In this document: positions 47,862-56,800 of the stretch, one piece after another
Layout: each line of letters begins with the position of its first letter
Position numbering within the stretch: the first letter of the stretch is position 1
NCBI GenBank assembly: GCA_963849155.1
Contig: CAWKGL010000003.1
Coordinates: 32,123-96,122, forward strand
Reading direction: 5' to 3'
DNA length: 64,000 bases
Source of the DNA: an uncultured Acidimicrobiaceae bacterium
Lineage (GTDB): Bacteria; Actinomycetota; Acidimicrobiia; Acidimicrobiales; RAAP-2
Made by a program: the position numbers and the translations under genes
The notes under the pieces: model-generated
Databases searched by the model: none
Told to the model about the DNA's origin: nothing
What the model saw: the letters and a program-made list of their open reading frames with translations, nothing else

Positions 47862-50800
47862 CTAGAGCAGCGTCGCCATCACGGTCACGTTTCGATTGCG
47901 AGCACGACCAGCGAGCGTGTTGTTCGACGCCGCCGGAGCCGTCGAACCCAACGACAACGTGGTCATCTTGATCGACGTGGTCACGCCGTCGGCGATCAGC
48001 ACCGTTTGCAGGTAGAGCTCGACGCTGAGCGCGCGGTTGTGTCCCAAGTTCAAGTTGTACGCCGCACCGCCCGCGATGTCGGTGTAACCCGTGATCACGA
48101 TGGACGTTGCGCCAATGGCCTTCAGTTTGGCGGCGAACGTTCGGATCTGGCTCTGCATCGTTGGGGTCAGCGCCGCCGAACCCACCGCGAAGGGAAAGAG
48201 CAGCAAGAAGGCCTCGTTGGACGAATCCACCACGACCCCTACCGACTCTGACGCCCGCTTGCCCGATTTCACGTACCCCTGGGACAACAACGTGTGATCG
48301 CCCGCGCTGATCGTCGACGGTATGGCCAGATTCGCCAAATACGTGCCATTGGGGCCAACGCGCACCGCTCCGAGCAAGGTGCTGCCCGGCGCGAGGTAGA
48401 CGTCAACCAGAGAACCGGGGTAGAAGCCCGACCCACTGACGTGAGCGGTACCCCCTTGCACGAGGACGATCGTGAAACCGGTCGGCGTGCTCACGGTCGA
48501 GGACGCGCTGATGGTCATGCTGAGACCCGCTCCGCTCACCACGATGTCGGTGTTGCCCACGGCCACGCTCGCCGTGGTCGTCGAACCATTGAGTTGGGTC
48601 GCTGACGCGAGACCCGGCGAGAGCTGCGTGCTCAGCGTCGTAGCGACGACGCCGGTGCCCGAGGGACCGGCGACGATTGGATTCGGCGTGGGAACCTCGT
48701 TGGTTAAGGTCGACGCCGCTGAGGTCGCGGCGGGAGACGTCGTCGTGGCGACGACCGAAATTGCGTACGGCGTGCCGTTGGTGAGGCCTTCAATCAAGCA
48801 CGACGTGGTGCTCGTCGTGCACGTCGCCGCACCCGGGCTGAGCGTCACCGTGTAGCTCAGACCCTGGGACGACGTGGCGCCCGACGGTGCGCTCCAGGTG
48901 ACCAGCACCTCGCCGTCGCCGGGTAACGCCGAAAGATTTGAGACCAGCCCCGAGGTCGACGAGGCGTTCACCGTGAGCGGCAGCGTCACGGTCGCACTCT
49001 GACCGCCATTGTTCACCGTCAGGGTCACGTTGAACGTTCCCGACACCGTAGGTGTGCCCGAAATGACACCGCCGGTCGAACAGGTGAGACCCGCCGGCAG
49101 ACCCGCGCACGCCCACGAGCTCGTGCCGGTCCCGCCTTGTTCAGTCAACGGCTCGTTATAGGACTGGCCCACCGTCGCGTTGGGCAGCGTCGCGTTCGCC
49201 ACGACCAGTCCCGTCCCGACCACGAGTGTGTACCCTTGGGAGGCCCGAGCACCATTGGAGTCGGACACGGTGACCGTCACCGAATAGGAACCCGCAGGGG
49301 CGCTCACCGTGCCCACAATGTCACCGGTGGCATCGATCGAGAGCCCCGCGGGAAGACCCGTCGCGGTCCAGACGAAGGGCGCCACCCCTCCGGTCTCGTT
49401 GATTGGCGCCGCGTACACCGCACCCGTCACGGTGGAGGGAAGGCTGAGCGTCGAGATCACGGGTGTGCTGGGGCTACCACCACCGCCACCACCGCCGCCA
49501 GAACTACCAGGGGTGATGGTCTGAGGTGACGAAGACGCCGCGTTATAGCCACCCGACTGAGGCACCGAAGCCGTGACCGCGCACGGCGTCGAACTCGTGA
49601 AGGTCACCACTTGGCTGGGCGCGACGCCCGCAATCGAGCAGCCACCGGTCACGCTGAAGTCCGGCGTGGCGCCACTAGATGACGTGGCTACCGGCGTGTA
49701 GGTGGAATTAATTGCGGGTGATGACGGCACCGATGACGTAATCGTCACCGTGGGGGTCGCCAGGATGAAGGTCTGGACCGAGGTCGCTGAGGTCGCCGTG
49801 GCGTACGTCGAGTCGGCGGCGATGGTTGCGGTCACGTCGCAGGTTCCCGACGAAGTCGCCTGAAGCGTCGAAATCGAGACGGTACAGCCCGACGCGGTGC
49901 CGCCCGCCACGACCGTATAGTTCACCGCGCCGGTACCCGAGAAGCCGCTCGACGTCAGGATCACGGTGTACGTGACACCGTTAAATGCTGTCGTGGTCGC
50001 GGGCACCGTGATGGCCTGCGTGTTCAGACCCGCGCTAAATGTCTGCGGCGAGGACGACGCCGCGGCATAGCCAGAAGTCGCCATCGAGGACGCGGTGATG
50101 TTGCACGGCGTGGTACTCGTAAAGGTGACGACTCCCCCACTGAGTGAACAGCCGCCGCTCACGCTGTACGTCACGGGCAGACCCGCTGACGATACGGCAG
50201 TGGGCGTGTACGTCGAACCGATCGTGGGCGAACTCGACGGGGTTGAGGTGAAGCTCACCGTCGGCGTCGCCTGGGTGAACGTCTGGGCGGACGCCGCTGA
50301 CGTCGTCGCGCTGTACATCGAATCCGCCGTAATCGTCGCCGTGACGAAACAAGTTCCCGACGACGTGGCGATCAACGTGGCGCCCGAGACCGAGCATCCC
50401 GACGCGGTTCCCAGTGGACTCGACGCGAGTGCGTAGGAAATCATACCGGTGCCCGAATAGCCGCTCGAAGTGAGGTTGACCGTGAAGGTCGCACCGTTAT
50501 AGACCGTCGACGTCGTGGGAACGCTGATCGTTTGGGACGTCAAGCCCGCGGTCACGGTCTGAGGCGACGACGACGCGGCGTTGTAGCCGGTCGCCGCGGG
50601 AACCGAAGCGGTGATGTCACAAGGGGTGGAGCTCGTGAAGGTCACCACTTGGCTAGGCGCGACGCCCGAGATCGAACAGCCGCCGGTCACGCTGAAAACC
50701 GGCGTCACGCCACTGGACGACGTCGCCACGGGCGTGTAGGTGGAATTGGTCGTCGGCAATGACGGCGCCGTTGACGTGATCGTCACCGTCGGAGTCGCGA

Positions 50801-53800
50801 GGTCAAAGGTCTGGGCCGAAGGCGCCGACGTTGCCGTGTTGTAGGTCGAGTCGGCGGTGATGGTTGCGGTGACGTTGCAGTAGCCCGGCGAGGTCGCGAT
50901 CAGCGTTGCTTGGGAAATAGAGCAGCCGGAGGCCGTACTCCCGTTGGCGAGTGTGTAGCTCACCATGCCGGTACCCGAGTAGCCACTCGACGTCAGGGTC
51001 ACGCTGAAGCCGGTCCCGTCATAGTCCGTGGTGGTCGCCGGAACCGTGATTGATTGGGAGCTAAGGCCCGCCGTTATTGTTTGAGGCGGACTCGCCAGTG
51101 CCGCGAAGTAATTGGGCGTGACCTGAGTGGAAGCCATGACGACACACGGCGTGGTACTCGTAAAGGTGACGACGCCCCCACTGAGTGAACAGCCGCCGCT
51201 CACGCCGAAGGTGACCGGAAGGCCCGCCGACGATATAGCAGTGGGCGTGTACGTCGAGCCGATGGTGGGCGAGCTCGGCTGGGTTGAGGTGAAGCTCACC
51301 GTCGGCGTCGCCTGGGTGAAGGTCTGGGCGGACGGTGCCGACGTCACGGCGCCGTAGGTGCCGTCACCAGCCTTGGTTGCGGTGACGTAACAGACGCCGT
51401 ACGTCGTCGCCGTGAGGGTTGAATTATCTATCGAGCATTGGGTTGCCGTGCTGTTGTTGGCAAGCGCGTACGTGACCATGCCGGTACCCGAACCGCCGGT
51501 CGATGAGAGGGTGACCGTATAGGTGGTCCCGTTAAAGGGCGTCGAAGTCGACGGAACCACGAGGGTGGACTGCGAATTCACGACAGCAGTAGTGGTTTGA
51601 GACGGCGTAGCCAGCGCCGCGAAGTAATTAGGCGTGACCGGGGTGGAGGCCATAATGACACACGGCGTGGCACTCGTGAAGGTGACGACTCCCCCGTTCA
51701 ATGTGCAGCCACCACTCACGCCGAAGGTGACGGGCAGGCCCGCCGACGATACGGCGGTGGGCGTGTACGTCGAACCGATGGTGGGCGAGCTCGGCTGGGT
51801 TGAGGTGAAGCTCACCGTCGGCGTTGCCTGGGTGAAGGTCTGGGCGGACGGTGTCGAGGTAGCCGAAAGGTAGGTGCCGTCGGCCGCGATGGTAGCGGTC
51901 ACGTTGCAGTAGCCCGACGAGGTCGCCTGAAGCGTCGAATTCGAGATGGTGCAGCCTGACGCGGTACCGCCCGCCACGACCGTGTAGTACACCGCGCCGG
52001 TACCCGAGAAGCCGATCGAAGTCAGGGTCACCGAGTAGGCCGAACCGTTGTACGGCGTACTCGAGGTGGGCACCGAGATCGTCTGTGAATCGAGACCCGC
52101 GGTCACGGTCTGGGGTGAGGACGACGAGGCGGCGTAGTCCGTCGAAGCTGGCACCGAGGCCGTGATAGCGCACGGCGTCGTGCTCGTGAAGGTGACGACT
52201 TGGTCGGGTGCGGTACCGGCGATCGAACAGCCCCCGGTCACGCTAAAGGTAGGCGTCACGCCACTTGAAGAGGTCGCGACAGGCGTGTAGTTGGAATTGA
52301 CGGTGGGCGATGTCGGCGCCGTTGACGTGATGGTCACCGTTGGGGTCGCGAGCGTGAAGGTCTGTGCCGAGGGCGACGACGTCGCGGCACTATAGGTGCC
52401 GTCGGCCGCGATGGTGGCGGTCACGTTGCAGTAGCCCGACGAGGTCGCCTGAAGCGTCGAATTCGAGATGGTGCAGCCTGACGCGGTGCCGCCCGCCACG
52501 ACCGTGTAGTTCACCGCGCCGGTACCCGAGAAGCCACTCGCCGTCAGGGTCACCGAGTAGGCCGAACCGTTGTACGCCGTACTCGTAGTAGGCACCGAGA
52601 TCGTCTGTGAGTCGAGACCTGCGGTCACGGTCTGGGGTGAGGATGACGAAGCGGCGTAGTCCGTCGAAGCCGGCACCGAAGCCGTGATGTTGCACGGCGT
52701 CGAGCTCGTGAAAGTAACGATCTGATTAGGCGCGGTGCCGGCGATCGAACAGCCCCCGGTCACGCTGAAGGTCGGTGTCGCGCCGCTTGAAGAGGTCGCG
52801 ACGGGCGTGTAGGTGGAATTGACGGTGGGCGCACTCGGCGCCGTTGACGTGATGGTCACCGTTGGGGTCGCGAGCGTGAAGGTCTGTGCCGACGGCGCCG
52901 ACGTGGCGGCGCCGTAGGTGCCGTCGCCGGCCTTGGTCGCGGTCACGTTGCAGTAGCCCGTCGAGGTCGCGATCAAGGTCGAACTCGAGATGGAACAACC
53001 CGAGGCGGTGCTGCCGTTCGCGAGTACGTACATGACGCCACCGGTACCCGAGCCGCCGGTGGTCGAGAGGGTGACCGTGAAAGAGGTGCCGTTATAGGGC
53101 GTCGTCGTCGTCGGCACGACGAGCGTCGCCTGGGTGTTGAGTCCCGCGGTCACGGCCTGAGGTGACGAGGACGACGCGGCGTAGCCCGTCGAGGCCGGCA
53201 CCGAGGCGGTGATGTCACACGGCGTCGTGCTCGTGAAGGTGACGACTTGGTTGGGCGCGGTGCCGGCGATCGAACAGCCCCCGGTCACGCTGAAGGTCGG
53301 CGTCACGCCGCTTGAAGACGTCGCGACGGGCGTGTAGGTGGAATTGACGGTCGGTGATATTGGTGCCGATGACGTGATGGTCACCGTTGGGGTCGCGAGC
53401 GTGAAGGTCTGTGCCGACGGCGCCGACGTGGCAGCGCCGTAGGTGCCGTCGGCGGCGATGGTGGCGGTCACGTTGCAGTAGCCCGTCGAGGTCGCGATCA
53501 AGGTCGAACTCGAGATGGAACAACCCGAGGCGGTGCTGCCGTTCGCGAGTACGTACATGATGCCACCGGTACCCGAGAAGCCACTCGCCGTCAGGGTCAC
53601 CGAGTAGGCCGAACCGTTGTACGGCGTGCTCGTGGTGGGCACCGAAATTGACTGGGTGTTAAGACCCGCGGTCACGGTCTGGGGTGAGGACGACGATCCG
53701 TTGTAGCCCGTCGTCGCCGGTACCGTGGCGGTGATGTTGCACGGCGTCGTGCTCGTGAAGGTGACGACTTGGTTGGGCGCGGTGCCGGCGATCGAACAGC

Positions 53801-56800
53801 CCCCGGTCACGCTGAAGGTCGGTGTCGCGCCGCTTGAAGAGGTCGCGACGGGCGTGTAGGTGGAATTGACGGTGGGCGCACTCGGCGCCGTTGACGTGAT
53901 GGTCACCGTTGGGGTCGCGAGCGTGAAGGTCTGTGCCGACGGCGCCGACGTGGCAGCGCCGTAGGTGCCGTCGCCGGCCTTGGTCGCGGTCACGTTGCAG
54001 TAGCCCGTCGAGGTCGCGATCAAGGTCGAACTCGAGATGGAACAACCCGAGGCGGTGCTGCCGTTCGCGAGTACGTACATGACGCCACCGGTACCCGAGC
54101 CGCCGGTGGTCGAGAGGGTGACCGTGAAAGAGGTGCCGTTATAGGGCGTCGTCGTCGTCGGCACGACGAGCGTCGCCTGGGTGTTGAGTCCCGCGGTCAC
54201 GGCCTGAGGTGACGAGGACGACGCGGCGTAGCCCGTCGAGGCCGGCACCGAGGCGGTGATGTCACACGGCGTCGTGCTCGTGAAGGTGACGATCTGATTG
54301 GGCGCGGTGCCGGCGATCGAACAGCCCCCGGTCACGCTGAAGGTCGGCGTTGCGCCGTTGGACGACGTCGCGACGGGCGTGTAGGTGGAATTGACGGTAG
54401 GTGATGTCGGTGCCGATGACGTGATGGTCACCGTTGGGGTCGCGAGCGTGAAGGTCTGTGCCGACGGCGCCGACGTGGCAGCGCCGTAGGTGCCGTCGCC
54501 GGCCTTGGTGGCGGTCACGTTGCAATAACCCGTCGAGGTCGCGATCAAGGTCATGTAATTCGTTCCCGACAGCGCACAGCCTGACGCGCTGCTCCCGGCC
54601 GCCAGCGCGTAGGTCACGGTACCGGTACCCGAGCCGCCGGTGGTCGAGAGCGTGACGGTGAAGGCGGTGCCGTTATAGGGCGTCGTCGTCGTCGGCACGA
54701 CGAGCGTCGCCTGGGTGTTGAGACCCGCGGTCACGGCCTGGGGTGACGAGGACGAGGCGGCGTAGCCCATCGAGGCCGGCACCGAGGCGGTGATATCACA
54801 CGGCGTCGTACTCGTGAAGGTGACGACTTGCTTGGGCGCGGTACCGGCGATCGAACAGCCCCCGGTCACGCTGAAGGTAGGCGTAACGCCGCTTGAAGAC
54901 GTCGCGACGGGCGTGTAGGTGGAATTGACGGTGGGCGATGTCGGCGCCGTTGACGTGATGGTCACGGTCGGGGTCACCAGCGTGAAGGTCTGTGCCGACG
55001 GGGCCGACGTGGCAGCACTGTAGGTACCGTCGCCAGCCTTGGTCGCGGTGACGTTGCAGTAGCCCGACGAGGTCGCGATCAGGGTTACGTTATTTGTTCC
55101 CGACAGCGAACAGCCCGACGCGGTGCTCCCGGCCGCCAGCGCGTAGGTCACCGTACCGGTACCCGAGCCGCCGGTGGTCGAGAGCGTGACGGTGAAGGCG
55201 GTGCCGTTATAGGGCGTTGTCGTCGTCGGCACGACGAGCGTCGCCTGAGTGTTGAGTCCCGCGGTCACGGTCTGAGGCGAGGACGACGACGCGGCGTAGT
55301 CCGTCGAAGCCGGCACCGAAGCCGTGATGTTGCACGGCGTCGAGCTCGTGAAGGTGACGACTTGGTTGGGCGCGGTGCCGGCGATCGAACAGCCCCCGGT
55401 CACGCTGAAGGTCGGTGTCGCGCCGCTTGAAGAGGTCGCGACGGGCGTGTAGGTGGAATTGACGGTGGGCGTACTCGGCGCCGTTGACGTGATGGTCACG
55501 GTCGGGGTGGCCAACGTGAAGGTCTGTGCCGACGGCGCCGACGTGGCGGCGCTGTAGGTGCCGTCGCCGGCCTTGGTCGCGGTGACGTTGCAGTAGCCCG
55601 ACGAGGTCGCGGTCAAGGTCATGTAATTCGTTCCCGACAGCAAACAGCCCGACGCGGTGCTCCCGGCCGCCAGCGCGTAGGTGACCGTACCGGTACCCGA
55701 GCCGCCGGTGGTCGAGAGGGTGACCGTGTAAGGGGTGCCGTTATAGGGCGTCGTCGTCGTCGGTACGACGAGCGTCGCCTGGGCGTTGAGTCCCGCGGTC
55801 ACGGCCTGAGGTGACGAGGACGACGCGGCGTAGCCGGTCGCGGCCGGCACCGAAGCGGTGATGTCACACGGCGTCGTGCTCGTGAAGGTAACGATCTGAT
55901 TGGGCGCGGTGCCGGCGATCGAACAGCCGCCGGTCACGCTGAAGGTCGGTGTCGCGCCGTTGGACGACGTCGCGATGGGCGTGTAGGTGGAACCCACCGT
56001 GGGCGCACTCGGCGCCGTTGACGTGATGGTCACGGTCGGGGTCACCAGCGTGAAGGTCTGTGCCGACGGGGCCGACGTGGCGGCGCTATACGAACCATCG
56101 GCGGCAATAGTGGCGGTGACGTTGCAGTAGCCCGACGAGGTCGCGGTCAAGGTCACGTTATTCGTTCCCGACAGCAAACAGCCTGACGCGGTGCTCCCGG
56201 CCGCCAGCGCGTAGGTGACCGTACCGGTACCCGAGAAGCCAGTCGCGGTCAAGGTCACCGTGAAGGAAGAACCGTTGTACGGCGTGCTCGTGGCAGGCAC
56301 GGCAATGCTTTGTGAGTTGAGACTCGCGGTGATCGCCTGAGGTGACGACGACGACGATGCGTAGCCCGTCGCCGCGGGCACCGACGCGATGACGTTGCAT
56401 TGAGTCGTACTCGTGAAGGTAACGATTTGATTGGGCGCGGTGCCGGCGATCGAACAGCCCCCGGTCACACCAAAAATAGGCGTCACGCCGTTGGACGACG
56501 TCGCGGCGGGCGTGTAGGTGGAGCCCACCGTGGGCGTACTCGGCGCCGTTGAGGTGATGGTCACGGTCGGGGTCACCAGCGTGAAGGTCTGTGCCGACGG
56601 GGCCGACGTGGCGGCGCTGTAGGTGCCGTCGCCGGCCTTGGTCGCGGTGACGTTGCAGTAGCCCGACGAGGTCGCGATCAGGGTTACGTTATTTGTTCCC
56701 GACAGCGAACAGCCTGACGCGGTGCTCCCGGCCGCCAGCGCGTAGGTGACCGTACCGGTACCCGAGCCGCCGGTGGTCGAGAGGGTGACCGTGAAAGAGG

